Assembly: GCA_041481485.1 (NCBI GenBank)
Contig: JBGPBY010000002.1
Coordinates: 1-59,192 of the forward strand
Direction of reading: 5' to 3'
DNA from: Terriglobia bacterium
GTDB lineage: Bacteria; Acidobacteriota; Terriglobia; 20CM-2-55-15
DNA: 59,192 nucleotides
In this document: piece after piece, positions 16,314-26,246 of the stretch
Layout of the letters: every line of letters begins with the position of its first letter
Numbering within the stretch: the stretch's first letter is position 1
Notes under the pieces: generated by a model
Seen by the model: the letters and a program-made list of their open reading frames with translations, nothing else
Database searches by the model: none
What the model was told of the DNA's origin: nothing
Program-made: the position numbers and the translations under genes

Positions 16314-17987
16314 ATGAGACTTATTGTCGTGTGGTTGGCGTTCTTATTGCTGCCGGGGCAGGCTTCGTCAGGGAGCATCGAAGGTGTTGTCACGCGCCTG
16401 GGCAGCAACGAGCCAATTGCGGGAGCTCAGGTCGGAGTCGCAGTCCCGGGCTCTTCGGCGCTGGTGGGCCCTCGTGTCACTACGGATCGCGATGGGAAAT
16501 TCGCGATCCAGATTCTGCAGCCGGGTACCTACATTCTCAATGTCATCTGCAACGGCTATGCAAAGTACGCGTATGGGGAGCGCCAGCCGGGCGCACCGGG
16601 CGGGACGATCACATTGACGCAAGCCCAGACGTTGAATCTTGCAGTTCGCATGACGCCTGCAGGAAGCGTGAACGGTCATATTCGGAATTCAAATGGCCGC
16701 CCCATTCCCGGAACAACTGTTCGACTCGTGAGATATACCTACAATTCCAGTGGCCGGCGAACCTTTGAAACGATCGCCAGCGCGCGCAGCGACGATCGCG
16801 GCGTGTACCGGTTCTATTGGGTCACGCCGGGGAGGTACTACGTCGTGGCGGGTTCAGGGGCGGAGCCGTTGGCTCGCCCTGGAACGGAGAGCGACAATCC
16901 CAACGAAATCCTGGAGAACTATTCCTACACGTTTTTCCCGGGGAATTCCGAAATTGAGAAAGCCGTGGCGATCGACGTTCGTGCCGGCGCGGAACTCGAC
17001 GGTATCGATTTCCCGCTCGCGGATAGCCGGCTGTATCGGATACGTGCTCGCGTTGTCGATCCTGTTACCGGGCAACCGCCCCCTCGAGCCACAGCAACCA
17101 TTTCGTACTCGAACCTCGGTAGCAGCACTCGTTCCGGCGGGGGTAACACTTATGACCCCAAGACAGGAATGCTCGAATTCAAGAACCTGACGCCAGGGCC
17201 GTATACCGTCGGAGTAACCGGCTATGAGGGCCAGCAGGGGCTGTCCAATGCGGCGCTTAACCGAAGTTCTCCCGCAGCCAGTGCTGGCGTCAACGTCGCA
17301 GTTTCCAACGCGGACGTTGATCTTGGCGTTCTGAGGCTGGAGCTTCCGAATGTCATTACTGGGCGGATCACAGGGGAAGGCCTGCCGGCCGATTTTGTCT
17401 CGGGAAATTCGGTCCAGTTTTCGTTTTTGCCACCGGACACGGGCATTCCGTCCATGGATTTGAGGATGAGCGCGATCGACGCACGCCCGCAGCCGGACGG
17501 AACTTTCACCGCGAATTTCCCCTACCCTTCGCTTCGCGTGACCGTACCGCTGCGGGGCCTGCCCGCCGGTTTTTACGTGCGCGAGGCACTGCTGGACGGA
17601 GCCGATGCGCTCACGGGATATGCACGTGTCTCGCGTACGAGCGACCTTCAGATTGTGCTGAGTTCCAAAGTTGCGCATCTGGAAGGTGTGGTTCGCGATG
17701 AAAGTTTGCGGCTCGTAGCCGGGTTGCCGGTTGTCCTGGTTCCGAGCGTTGCGCGCAACTTTTCCGAGCGCTTCAAGCAGACAACCACCGATCAGAACGG
17801 ACGTTTCAGCATTTCCGATGTCCCGCCGGGCGACTACAAGGTTTTTTCCTGGGAGGCGCTGGAACCCTACAGCTATTTCGATCCCGACGTTCTTCGGAAG
17901 TATGAAGAGCGAGGCCGGCTGATACACCTCGCCGAGTCCTCGCGCGAAACCGTCGACGTGACGATGATACCGGAAGGAGTGAACTGA
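16314..17987 (+). CDS. Carboxypeptidase regulatory-like domain (CarboxypepD_reg) secreted protein, paralogue 1
   Basis: Signal peptide MRLIVVWLAFLLLPGQASS. Repeated G.V.D..G.P..GA.V units (SIEGVVTRLGSNEPIAGAQV; GSVNGHIRNSNGRPIPGTTV). Shared C-terminal module GRFSISDVPPGDYKVFSWEALEPYSYFDPDVLRKYEERG. Confidence 0.8.
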   Translation: MRLIVVWLAFLLLPGQASSGSIEGVVTRLGSNEPIAGAQVGVAVPGSSALVGPRVTTDRDGKFAIQILQPGTYILNVICNGYAKYAYGERQPGAPGGTITLTQAQTLNLAVRMTPAGSVNGHIRNSNGRPIPGTTVRLVRYTYNSSGRRTFETIASARSDDRGVYRFYWVTPGRYYVVAGSGAEPLARPGTESDNPNEILENYSYTFFPGNSEIEKAVAIDVRAGAELDGIDFPLADSRLYRIRARVVDPVTGQPPPRATATISYSNLGSSTRSGGGNTYDPKTGMLEFKNLTPGPYTVGVTGYEGQQGLSNAALNRSSPAASAGVNVAVSNADVDLGVLRLELPNVITGRITGEGLPADFVSGNSVQFSFLPPDTGIPSMDLRMSAIDARPQPDGTFTANFPYPSLRVTVPLRGLPAGFYVREALLDGADALTGYARVSRTSDLQIVLSSKVAHLEGVVRDESLRLVAGLPVVLVPSVARNFSERFKQTTTDQNGRFSISDVPPGDYKVFSWEALEPYSYFDPDVLRKYEERGRLIHLAESSRETVDVTMIPEGVN

Positions 17988-19735
17988 TGATGCGGCGATT
18001 TGGCATGCTGATTCTGTTTCTGGCGATACCGGTGCTCGCCGTGCAGGCGCCGCCGCAGGATCCCGCCAATGGATCAATAGAAGGTATCGTCGTCAATCGG
18101 GTTAACGGCCAGCCTGTTGCCGGGGTTCGGGTGCAAACGAGGCCTACCGCGGGCAACCCGAATCAGACCTATGCACCAATCGAGCCCATCATCACAGGCG
18201 TCGATGGAAAGTTTGTCTTCACGAGTCTTAAAGGTGCGGTCTATCGGGTCCTCGCAGAAGGCAATGGCTACGTGGCTCAGTTCAATGGCCAGAACTCATT
18301 CCAGGGGGAGGGAACGACATTCGCCCTGGCCACGAGTCAGGCGGTAAAGGGAATCACGGTTCGCCTTACACCGACCGGAACTGTCACCGGCCGCATTCGT
18401 GACGCGGAAACGCAACAGCCTGCTGTCAGCGTTCCCGTTCAGTTGATGCGATTGCAATACGGCGCCGAAGGTCAACGCGCGTTGGTCTCTCAACAGGGCG
18501 CGGCTCGAACCGACGATCGCGGTGAATATCGTTTCTACTTCGTCACGCCTGGCCACTACTACATTACTGTCGGCGGAGCTTTCCCCCAGGAATCCGGCGT
18601 GCGTGGTCTGAATAATTCCAATGAAATCAGGGTGGACTACGCCTCGGAGTTCTATCCAGGTGTGGTCAACATCTCGGATGCGACACTCGTGGACGTGAAG
18701 TCCGGCGCTGAACTGGGCGGCATCGATGTGTCCATCGGTAAGCAGGTTCTGTATCAGATTCGCGGCCGCGTCCTCGATTCGAAGACGGGCCGGCCTCCAA
18801 TATCTGCGACGGTCTCGCTCTTTCGGCGTTCCGATACACGTTGGGAGCGAGTTCAGGTCAGTAACAACTATCGGAGTACCGACGGGAGCTTCACGATTCC
18901 CGGACTGGTTCCCGGATCGTACAGAGTTGTCGTGCAGGCCAGGACGACACGGGGACTCGCGCAGTCCAGCCCTCCGCTGCCCGCCATGGCGCGATTGGCG
19001 TCGTTCCCTGTCCAGTTTGCCGCTTCGCGAACGGAAGACGCATCGGGGTACGCTCCGAAAGTGACGCCAGTCGAGGTCGTGAGTTCCGATGTCGATGGCC
19101 TCGTCGTGTCGGTATTGCCCGGCGTCTCTCTTGCAGGCAGGCTCACGATCGAAGGTCAGGGACTGCCCAGTTCCGATCTCAGCAGGATTCGCGTCGTCAT
19201 CACGTCTCCGGACAAATTGATTTCGGCCAATGCGCTGGTCACTCAGGAAGCATTCCGCCTCGGCGATCTCTCCACCGGAGAATATCGCGCGAGCGTGGGC
19301 GGGCTGCCGGCGGGATATTACGTTAAGAGTGCGAGATTCGGGGGAGCCGACGCTTTGCAAAACGTCTTTCAAATCGCAGACGGGGAAGTGAATGCCCTGA
19401 ATGTTGTCATCAGTTCCAACGTCGCCACTGTCGAAGGAACCGTCAAGAACGAAAGACAGCAACCTGTCCTCGGCAGCCTTGTTGTACTTGTGCCCGAGCG
19501 CGACCGCGACCGAACCGAACTCTTCCAGCGTGCGACCGCGGGCGCCGACGGCCGGTTCAGCTTCCCGAGCGTGCCGCCAGGAAACTACAAGGTCTTCGCC
19601 TGGGAAGCCCTCGAACCTTACGCCTACTTTGATCCGGAAGTTCTGCGTGTCGTCGAACAACGGGGCAGGGCGATTCAACTTGCGGAGTCGTCGAAGCAGA
19701 TTCTGAACCTGATCGCCATCCCGGCGAACAACTAG
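17987..19735 (+). CDS. Carboxypeptidase regulatory-like domain secreted protein, paralogue 2
   Basis: Its start overlaps the upstream stop (TGATG). Signal peptide MMRRFGMLILFLAIPVLAVQA. C-terminal module GRFSFPSVPPGNYKVFAWEALEPYAYFDPEVLRVVEQRG. Confidence 0.8.
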   Translation: MMRRFGMLILFLAIPVLAVQAPPQDPANGSIEGIVVNRVNGQPVAGVRVQTRPTAGNPNQTYAPIEPIITGVDGKFVFTSLKGAVYRVLAEGNGYVAQFNGQNSFQGEGTTFALATSQAVKGITVRLTPTGTVTGRIRDAETQQPAVSVPVQLMRLQYGAEGQRALVSQQGAARTDDRGEYRFYFVTPGHYYITVGGAFPQESGVRGLNNSNEIRVDYASEFYPGVVNISDATLVDVKSGAELGGIDVSIGKQVLYQIRGRVLDSKTGRPPISATVSLFRRSDTRWERVQVSNNYRSTDGSFTIPGLVPGSYRVVVQARTTRGLAQSSPPLPAMARLASFPVQFAASRTEDASGYAPKVTPVEVVSSDVDGLVVSVLPGVSLAGRLTIEGQGLPSSDLSRIRVVITSPDKLISANALVTQEAFRLGDLSTGEYRASVGGLPAGYYVKSARFGGADALQNVFQIADGEVNALNVVISSNVATVEGTVKNERQQPVLGSLVVLVPERDRDRTELFQRATAGADGRFSFPSVPPGNYKVFAWEALEPYAYFDPEVLRVVEQRGRAIQLAESSKQILNLIAIPANN

Positions 19736-19844
19736 AAAGCCACTCCACTGATAGAAAACGCTTCAAGGAAATGTCCCCAGAATTCCGGTCTGAAAATGGT
19801 GTAATCAACTTGATCCGTCCGATAGTGGCTTTCTGGCCGATGGT

Positions 19845-20254
19845 CTAAAGTTCTTTCAGGAACGGGTTGAATACAATCACACCCAAACCAGTAAAGTCCC
19901 GAACGTTTCGCGTGGCCACCGTCCAACCGTGCGCACGGGCTGTGGCCGCGATGAGTGAGTCCCGAACATAGACGCTGCGGCCAGAGGCAAGGGCCTCAGC
20001 GGTCATTTCGCCCCACGCAAGAGCTTCGATTTCGTCAAATGGCGCGACCGGCAGCGTCAATACATCTTCCAGGAATTGCCGCAATTCCGGTGTGGAATTG
20101 GTCTGGACACCGACAAGCCATAGGCCGTGATCTGGCTGCACGGCTACGGCTCTTCGCTCGGTTACAGCTGGGTGTATCACCCGGTAATTCCACAGGCTGT
20201 TCGCATTGTCCGTGATAATATCGAAAAAGTTAAAAAATAAGGAGTGTGCATCAT
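19845..20254 (-). pseudogene. PIN-domain (VapC/FitB-like) ribonuclease gene without an in-frame start; possibly frameshifted or truncated
   Basis: PIN signatures IITDNA, STPELRQF, RDSLIAATARAHGWTVATRNVRDF. There is no ATG/GTG/TTG in frame before the first Asp. An ATGATG at 20254-20249 lies in another frame and joins across a T6 run (plus-strand A6 at 20232-20237). Upstream space is taken by the divergent ytxH-like gene, and there is no antitoxin ORF. Confidence 0.5.
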
Positions 20255-20582
20255 GGCTGAAAATAATGGAGGCGACAAATTCCTGTACCTGGTTGCTGGG
20301 GCCGGTATTGGAGCTGTTCTCGCATTGCTGTTTGCTCCAAAGACAGGTCGTGAGACCCGGGAAATGATTGCGCGGACCGCCAGCGATGGCCGAGACTTTC
20401 TGACAAACAAAGTTTCGGAAGGCCGTCAGTTTGTCGGTGAAACAGGCCGAAAGGTTGGAGATGACTTCAACAGTTTCGTCGACAAGAGCAAGGAAGCGCT
20501 TTCGCGGCAAAAAGAACAACTGACCGCCGCATTTGAAGCGGGCAAGGCCGCATACCGGGAAGAAAAAGGGATGGCCGACTAA
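20253..20582 (+). CDS. YtxH domain-containing protein
   Basis: GAGIGAVLALLFAPKTGRETREMI is the canonical YtxH motif. AAGGAG at 20239-20244 lies 8 nt before the ATG at 20253. Confidence 0.8.
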   Translation: MAENNGGDKFLYLVAGAGIGAVLALLFAPKTGRETREMIARTASDGRDFLTNKVSEGRQFVGETGRKVGDDFNSFVDKSKEALSRQKEQLTAAFEAGKAAYREEKGMAD

Positions 20583-20611
20583 CTGCTTTACCGAAAAGAT
20601 TTGGAGGCGCC

Positions 20612-21091
20612 ATGGACAAACTTCTGACTTTCTTTGTGGCTCTCACTGCGCTCGCCGTCATGACTCAGGCATGCGTGCTGATTGCGATATATCTGATGTC
20701 CCGGCGCCTGACCAATCAACTCGATCGATTCATGTCCGAAACCCGCGAAGTGATGGTTCCGGTCAAGGCGATTACCGAAAACCTCCGGATTGCGTCCTCG
20801 AACATTCTTGAAATCGGCGTTTCGGCGCGCGAGCAATTCCGCCGTGTCGAAACCATGGTTTCCGACACGGGGGAAGTTCTCCGCGCCCAACTGAATCGAA
20901 TGGAAGCGGTTACGAAGGATGTGGCCGACCGCATCAATACGACAGCCGACATTGTTCAGAACACAGTGTTGCGGCCGGTGCGGGAAGTTTCGGCGATTAC
21001 GAAAGGTTTCGGCCGAGGACTTGAATATTTTTTCAAAAAGAACAAGAGATCGAAAAACTCCACCAACCCGGACGACGATCCCTACATGTAA
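20612..21091 (+). CDS. N-terminally anchored coiled-coil membrane protein (DUF948-like architecture)
   Basis: One N-terminal TM segment (FFVALTALAVMTQACVLIAIYLM) followed by helical repeats. It sits immediately downstream of the YtxH gene, a pairing known for DUF948/YtxH in other phyla. Confidence 0.45.
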   Translation: MDKLLTFFVALTALAVMTQACVLIAIYLMSRRLTNQLDRFMSETREVMVPVKAITENLRIASSNILEIGVSAREQFRRVETMVSDTGEVLRAQLNRMEAVTKDVADRINTTADIVQNTVLRPVREVSAITKGFGRGLEYFFKKNKRSKNSTNPDDDPYM

Positions 21092-21095
21092 TCGG

Positions 21096-22154
21096 TCAGG
21101 GCTGCACAAATTCTCCTTTTGGCAGTAGCCCCGATTCGCGCTCCACCGGAAACGCGCTATAGGAAAGCCCCTTCCACTTCGAAAACAACAACGGAATTCC
21201 ATCGGCCATGTTCGGATCCGAATTCGTCATGATATGGAAATGAATTCCAGGTTCGGTGGATTCTCCACTGTTGCCCGCTTCACCAATCGGATCCCCCGCC
21301 TTCACTTTCGCGCCGACTTTTACAGAGATGCTGTTAGGGCGCAGATGGGCGTAGTACCCGAACTGATTGTCTCCATGATCGATGACCACGACATTGCCGC
21401 CGGGTGTATTGATATTCGTCCGGCCCGGATCATTTTCAACAATGTCGGTACGCAGGAAAACAACGGTTCCATCTTTGGCGGCGAGAACCTTTTTGCCGTA
21501 TGCATAGTAGTCGGAGTTATGGGCGCCATCCTGTTGGTAGCTTTTGCCGTCGGCTCCAATCTGAATGAAGTCATACGCAAAGGCTTCCGCCAGATATCGC
21601 TTGTGAAGATCGAGATATCCGTGTTCGTTCTGAACGTACCAGATCCCTTCAAATGGCAATTGCCCGATGAAGGCCGGAGACCGCTTCAGGGATGTCGATG
21701 TCTTGCTGGATTGGGATTTGCCGCCGATTTCATACTGCACTTCCACGACAACCGTTTCTCCGATAAACCCAGCCGGACAATCAAAGAAAATATCCGAGAT
21801 TGCCTTCCGCTGATCGGGATAAAGCTCGAGCGTCTTCTTCGGTGTCGGTTCAATGCGGTGCCGGTCGATGGCGCTGTCGAACAGATTCATCAGCGCCTTG
21901 CCAGAGTATTGCCCGGAGAGATCGATGCCATCGGAATTCGTCATGTCAAACCGGATCCAGTCAATTGTGATGGGGTTCCTGGATTGATTGTGGACAACGA
22001 TGTGAAAGAACACACGATCCATGGGCGTGATATTCCCTTCCATGTGCTCCACGTAAACTGCGTCCGGGCGAGTCAGAATCTCGAGATCCTGGGACAGCGC
22101 AGTCGATGCAAAAACCAAAACAACTGCAGCTAGTGAAAAAAGTCTTATTTGCAT
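21096..22154 (-). CDS. M23 family metallopeptidase
   Basis: Motifs VVIDHGDNQFGYYAHL and GNSGESTEPGIHFHI (HxxxD / HxH zinc sites). The start at 22154 gives the signal peptide MQIRLFSLAAVVLVFASTALSQ; the GTG at 22211 would overlap the next gene. Confidence 0.85.
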   Translation of the reverse strand: MQIRLFSLAAVVLVFASTALSQDLEILTRPDAVYVEHMEGNITPMDRVFFHIVVHNQSRNPITIDWIRFDMTNSDGIDLSGQYSGKALMNLFDSAIDRHRIEPTPKKTLELYPDQRKAISDIFFDCPAGFIGETVVVEVQYEIGGKSQSSKTSTSLKRSPAFIGQLPFEGIWYVQNEHGYLDLHKRYLAEAFAYDFIQIGADGKSYQQDGAHNSDYYAYGKKVLAAKDGTVVFLRTDIVENDPGRTNINTPGGNVVVIDHGDNQFGYYAHLRPNSISVKVGAKVKAGDPIGEAGNSGESTEPGIHFHIMTNSDPNMADGIPLLFSKWKGLSYSAFPVERESGLLPKGEFVQP

Positions 22155-22170
22155 TCGTACTTGAAAGGCT

Positions 22171-24222
22171 ATGGCAAGAATCAGTATTAAATCAAGGTGT
22201 ATGGAATTCACACTGCATGGACAGACAGTTTCCGACCCGTGGCGCTGGCTTGAAGATCTGGACTCGCCAGAGACCCGAACCTGGATCGATGCTCAAAATG
22301 AACGCACGTTTCGATTCCTGGAATCCGTGTCCGAGCGGGAGGACATCCGCAGACGTGTAACCGAGTTGTGGAATTATCCGAGATGCGGCCTGCCGTATAA
22401 GGAAGGCGGAAAATATTTTTACCTTACCAACGACGGGCTCCAGAATCAGTGGGTTCTGCGCGTGCGAGATGGTCTGGATTCAGCGGCAAGGGTGCTGATC
22501 GATCCCAACACACTTTCTGAAGACGGTACCGTCGCGCTCACCGCCACTTCCTCCAGCCGCGACGGCCGCTTGCTTGCCTACGGGCTCTCCAGAGCGGGAT
22601 CCGATTGGGAAGAATGGCGTGTCATGGACGTTGAAACCGGGACAAGCCTTCCCGATTGCCTTCAGTGGGTCAAATTTTCGAGCATTTCCTGGACGCCGAA
22701 TGGAAAAGGGTTCTTCTACTGCCGTTATGAACCGCCAGATTCCGGCGATGAATACGAAGTTCAGAATTTTCACCACAAGCTCTACTACCATCGAATCGGC
22801 GACCTGCAATCTCAAGACGAATTGATCTACGCGCGTCCGGATCGGAAGGAATGGAATTTTCGCGCCGATGTCACCGACGATGGCAGATACCTCATGATTC
22901 ACGTCTGGTCGGCGTCAAACTACAATCTGCTTTTCTATCGCGATCTATCGGCAGCGGAACCGGTGGTTGAACTCATTCCAAACTTCGAGGCGCGTTATCA
23001 ATTCATTGGAAACGATGGGCCGGTGTTCTGGTTATTCACGGATCTGGGGGCATCTCGCGGTCAAGTTGTTGCCATCGATACTTCGTTTGCAAACGTTTCG
23101 ACTCAAAAGACCATTGTTCCCGAGCGGGAGGAGACACTCGAGCAGGTTACGGTTGTCGGTGAAAACCTCATCGCGTGTTATCTCGCCAATGCGTATACGA
23201 GGATTCATGTGCTGAATCTCGACGGAAGTTTCATAAGAGAGTTGTCCCTTCCCGGAATCGGAACCGCGACGGGGTTCAACGGGAAACGCGGCGATCCGGA
23301 AACGTTTTTCGACTTCACGGGATTTACCACGCCAATCACATTATTTCGTTACGATGCCGCAACCGATGATCTGTCGCCTTTCTTCAGACCGCCTCTGAAT
23401 TTTGATCCGGATCAGTTTGAAACACGGCAGGTGTTCTATGACAGCCGCGACGGCACCCGGGTTTCAATGTTCATTGCATCCAAAAAGGGATTGAAGCTGA
23501 ACGGAACCAATCCAGTGGAGCTTTACGGATACGGAGGATTTGGCATATCCATCACGCCTTCGTTTTCATCTTCCCGGATCGCATGGATGGAGATGGGAGG
23601 AGTCTTCGCAGCCCCAAATCTACGCGGCGGCGGGGAATACGGCGAGCAGTGGCACCTGGCGGGAACCAGAGAACGAAAGCAAAATGTGTTCGACGATTTT
23701 ATTGCGGCTGCCGAATGGTTGATTGAAAACTGCTACACATCCTCCGAAAGACTCGCCATTACGGGACGCAGCAACGGGGGCCTTCTCGTCGGCGCCTGTC
23801 TGACACAAAGGCCGGATTTGTTCGGCGCCGCAGTGCCCGGCGTGGGAGTCATGGACATGCTGCGCTTTCACAAATTCACCATCGGCTGGTCGTGGGTATC
23901 CGACTATGGTTCGCCTGAAAACCCGGAGGATTTTCAAACACTGTTCGCGTATTCGCCGTACCACAACATTCGTCCGGGAACCGAGTATCCCGCAACTCTG
24001 ATTACAACCGGAGACCATGACGATCGAGTCGTGCCAGGTCATAGTTACAAATTTGCCGCTGCGCTTCAGGCCGCACAGGCCGGCCCCGCGCCAGTTCTCA
24101 TTCGCGTGGAAGTTCGCGCGGGGCATGGCATCGGTAAACCCGTGTCCAAGCAGATTGGCGAAGTGGTGGATTCGCTGGCGTTTTTGGTCAAAGTGCTGAG
24201 AGAACCGTCGTGGGTGGTTTGA
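22171..24222 (+). CDS. Prolyl oligopeptidase (S9A family)
   Basis: N-terminal DPWRWLEDLDSPETRTWIDAQN. Catalytic GRSNGGLL (Ser), GDHDDRV (Asp), RAGHG (His). An alternative start exists at 22201. Confidence 0.9.
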   Translation: MARISIKSRCMEFTLHGQTVSDPWRWLEDLDSPETRTWIDAQNERTFRFLESVSEREDIRRRVTELWNYPRCGLPYKEGGKYFYLTNDGLQNQWVLRVRDGLDSAARVLIDPNTLSEDGTVALTATSSSRDGRLLAYGLSRAGSDWEEWRVMDVETGTSLPDCLQWVKFSSISWTPNGKGFFYCRYEPPDSGDEYEVQNFHHKLYYHRIGDLQSQDELIYARPDRKEWNFRADVTDDGRYLMIHVWSASNYNLLFYRDLSAAEPVVELIPNFEARYQFIGNDGPVFWLFTDLGASRGQVVAIDTSFANVSTQKTIVPEREETLEQVTVVGENLIACYLANAYTRIHVLNLDGSFIRELSLPGIGTATGFNGKRGDPETFFDFTGFTTPITLFRYDAATDDLSPFFRPPLNFDPDQFETRQVFYDSRDGTRVSMFIASKKGLKLNGTNPVELYGYGGFGISITPSFSSSRIAWMEMGGVFAAPNLRGGGEYGEQWHLAGTRERKQNVFDDFIAAAEWLIENCYTSSERLAITGRSNGGLLVGACLTQRPDLFGAAVPGVGVMDMLRFHKFTIGWSWVSDYGSPENPEDFQTLFAYSPYHNIRPGTEYPATLITTGDHDDRVVPGHSYKFAAALQAAQAGPAPVLIRVEVRAGHGIGKPVSKQIGEVVDSLAFLVKVLREPSWVV

Positions 24223-24576
24223 ACAGGCGCCAAGAAGGCAAGGGCGGGCCACCGGGCCGGGACTGTCATTACCGGAGGCGCATGCAGAAATCGGCAAAGG
24301 CGAAGGTGCGTCCGCTCCAGGCATTGGCGTTGCTTAAAAGCGGTAGGAGGTTGAAGCCATAATTTGCCCTTGTGACCGGGATACCCGCGACTGCTGTAAT
24401 CATTGAGAACAACACCCGCGTCGGCTATCATCATGGGCACTTTCGAAGTATTGGCAACATAAGTGAGGGGCAGCTTCCGTCAAACGGCAATGAGGGAGAA
24501 TGTCGGAGAATGAAAATTATGTGGGAACCGCCCGATTGAGGTTTTCCCCGCCACGAAAGCAGACTGAGGAGGGGTT

Positions 24577-25119
24577 ATGTTGCGAAGCATCGCGATGAAC
24601 GTGGCAGCAGTTGCTCTGATCTTCACCTCAAGTGAGAGTTTCGTTTCTCAAGGGGGGAGTTTTGCCATCGACGGCCCGCACCCCCCAAACCTTGAAGCAT
24701 TGATTGACAGCTCACCGCTAATCGCCGAAGTTTCGGTTCGAACGATCTTTCCATATAACGACAATCCGCGACCCGGTTATACAGACTTCATACTTCACGT
24801 CGAGCAGGTTCTGAAGGGCACGTTTCCCAGGGATGAGATCGCCGTTCATCAACCGGGCGGCGGGAGGGCTCAATCCACCCAGTTTGCCATGATGGAGACA
24901 GGAAAACACTACATCCTGCTGTTGGACATAAATCCTCCTCCGCAATATCCTGACCGAGGTATTCCCCGCTTCATCATTAAAGGCGGCTTTCTCGGACTTG
25001 TCTCGATTGACGCCGACAAGGTCTTCTGGAGTGTGGGCATGGGAGCGCAGTGGAAGCAGAAGTACGATGGCCAATCCGTTCCGGCTCTCTCCGCCGTTAT
25101 TAAGGGACGTGCTCGCTGA
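24577..25119 (+). CDS. Secreted hypothetical protein
   Basis: GAGGAGG lies just upstream of the ATG at 24577. Hydrophobic N-terminus MLRSIAMNVAAVALIFTS. No family recognised. Confidence 0.55.
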   Translation: MLRSIAMNVAAVALIFTSSESFVSQGGSFAIDGPHPPNLEALIDSSPLIAEVSVRTIFPYNDNPRPGYTDFILHVEQVLKGTFPRDEIAVHQPGGGRAQSTQFAMMETGKHYILLLDINPPPQYPDRGIPRFIIKGGFLGLVSIDADKVFWSVGMGAQWKQKYDGQSVPALSAVIKGRAR

Positions 25120-25415
25120 CCTATTGCTGGATTTCTTTCACGATCGGATTGACGGAAACTTGAAGGCGGCGACTGCTTCGGTGAAAGAGCTTTGCTCGAC
25201 TCGGCCCCCGAAATGGAAACCGTTTGAGCGTTGAGCGTGTGTTCTCCTCAAACTTAATCGTGTGGGGTACAACTCATTGCTACACGAACTGCCTCAGCCG
25301 GAAATGCAAAAGGATTCTACTCTCAGTATCCATGCGCTTTGCGCGTCACCGCCTCGGTGAGACTGGAACAGGCCGGGGATAGTCATTCGAACGAAATCGG
25401 TTATCATTACCCGCT

Positions 25416-26246
25416 ATGTTGCGAACAATACTTGTAGCTCTCGACGATTCTCCATACACCGAAACCTCAACATCGTTGGCCATCGAATGGGCGAAACGTT
25501 TCGACGCTCAATTGTGGGGACTGGGACTTCTCGATACGGTCTCTATCGCGCGTCCCCAACCGGTTTCCATCGGTGGAGCAAGTTACAGGCAGGGACGTGA
25601 TGCGGCGATGATTGCCAACACGCAGGGCCTTGTGCAGGATGTTATCGCGAAGTTCAGGGAGCAGTGCAGCGCTGCGGACGTCAAGGCCGAAGTATTTGAG
25701 GACATCGGTGATCCTGCGGCCAACATCCTGCGTGTCGCGCATCGGTGCGATGTCGTGATGCTGGGGAGACAGACTCACTTCCATCTGGAACGCGAAGACC
25801 CCGATGGGACGGTCGGCATCGTTCTTCGCGGGTGCCCCCGTCCGATTACTGTCGTGCCACCCGAACTTCCCGCCGGCGAAGGGGTAATGGTGGCATACAG
25901 CGGAGGAAGAGAAGTGGCGCATGCCTTGCAGACGTTTCACCTCCTGGGCCTGGACAGGGGCGAAACGGTGCACGTGGTCGGCGTCGATCGCGAGGGATGG
26001 CAGGTCGGAGAACTCGCGCACCTTGCGTGTGAATATCTCAAGTCGCACGGAGTCCACGTCGAGTTCCACGAACTGGCGTCGAAATCGTCTCCGGCCGAAG
26101 TGATATTGGAGCAGGTGCAAAAACTTCGTCCACGGATGATGGTGATGGGTACGCACGGGTATCACCCGTTGCGAGAACTCTTCACGACGTCGGTGACGCG
26201 TAACGTTTTGCGTTCCTGTCCGGTTCCCGTTTTCGTCGGGGGATAG
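25416..26246 (+). CDS. Universal stress protein family protein (tandem Usp domains)
   Basis: ILVALDDSPYTE at the N-terminus, a second Usp unit, and the C-terminal MVMGTHGYHPLRELFTTSVTRNVLRSCPVPVFV motif. Confidence 0.8.
   Translation: MLRTILVALDDSPYTETSTSLAIEWAKRFDAQLWGLGLLDTVSIARPQPVSIGGASYRQGRDAAMIANTQGLVQDVIAKFREQCSAADVKAEVFEDIGDPAANILRVAHRCDVVMLGRQTHFHLEREDPDGTVGIVLRGCPRPITVVPPELPAGEGVMVAYSGGREVAHALQTFHLLGLDRGETVHVVGVDREGWQVGELAHLACEYLKSHGVHVEFHELASKSSPAEVILEQVQKLRPRMMVMGTHGYHPLRELFTTSVTRNVLRSCPVPVFVGG

Noticed and set aside
16854-19678. Very long antisense ORFs (16854-18077 and 18296-19678 on the minus strand). Similar cases are 1986-3080 (+), 7496-8506 (-), 21234-22133 (+), 23620-24324 (-), 25467-26165 (-), 31761-32348 (+), 46782-47867 (+) and 55658-56383 (+).
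   Set aside because: Each lies opposite a gene with clear family motifs. Their products are R/G/P/S-rich with no recognisable motifs, the usual shadow ORFs of GC-rich DNA.
19734-19834. 11-bp inverted repeat AGAAAGCCACT / AGTGGCTTTCT between the convergent CarboxypepD_reg and PIN genes.
   Set aside because: The arms are about 79 nt apart with no supporting secondary pairing or U-tract. It could be a bidirectional terminator base but is not convincing.
24223-24576. ORF 24066-24440 (-) and the surrounding 350-bp gap as a possible small gene or pseudogene.
   Set aside because: About 40 percent of the ORF (24066-24222) shadows the prolyl oligopeptidase 3' end. The remaining peptide has no recognisable motif or RBS.
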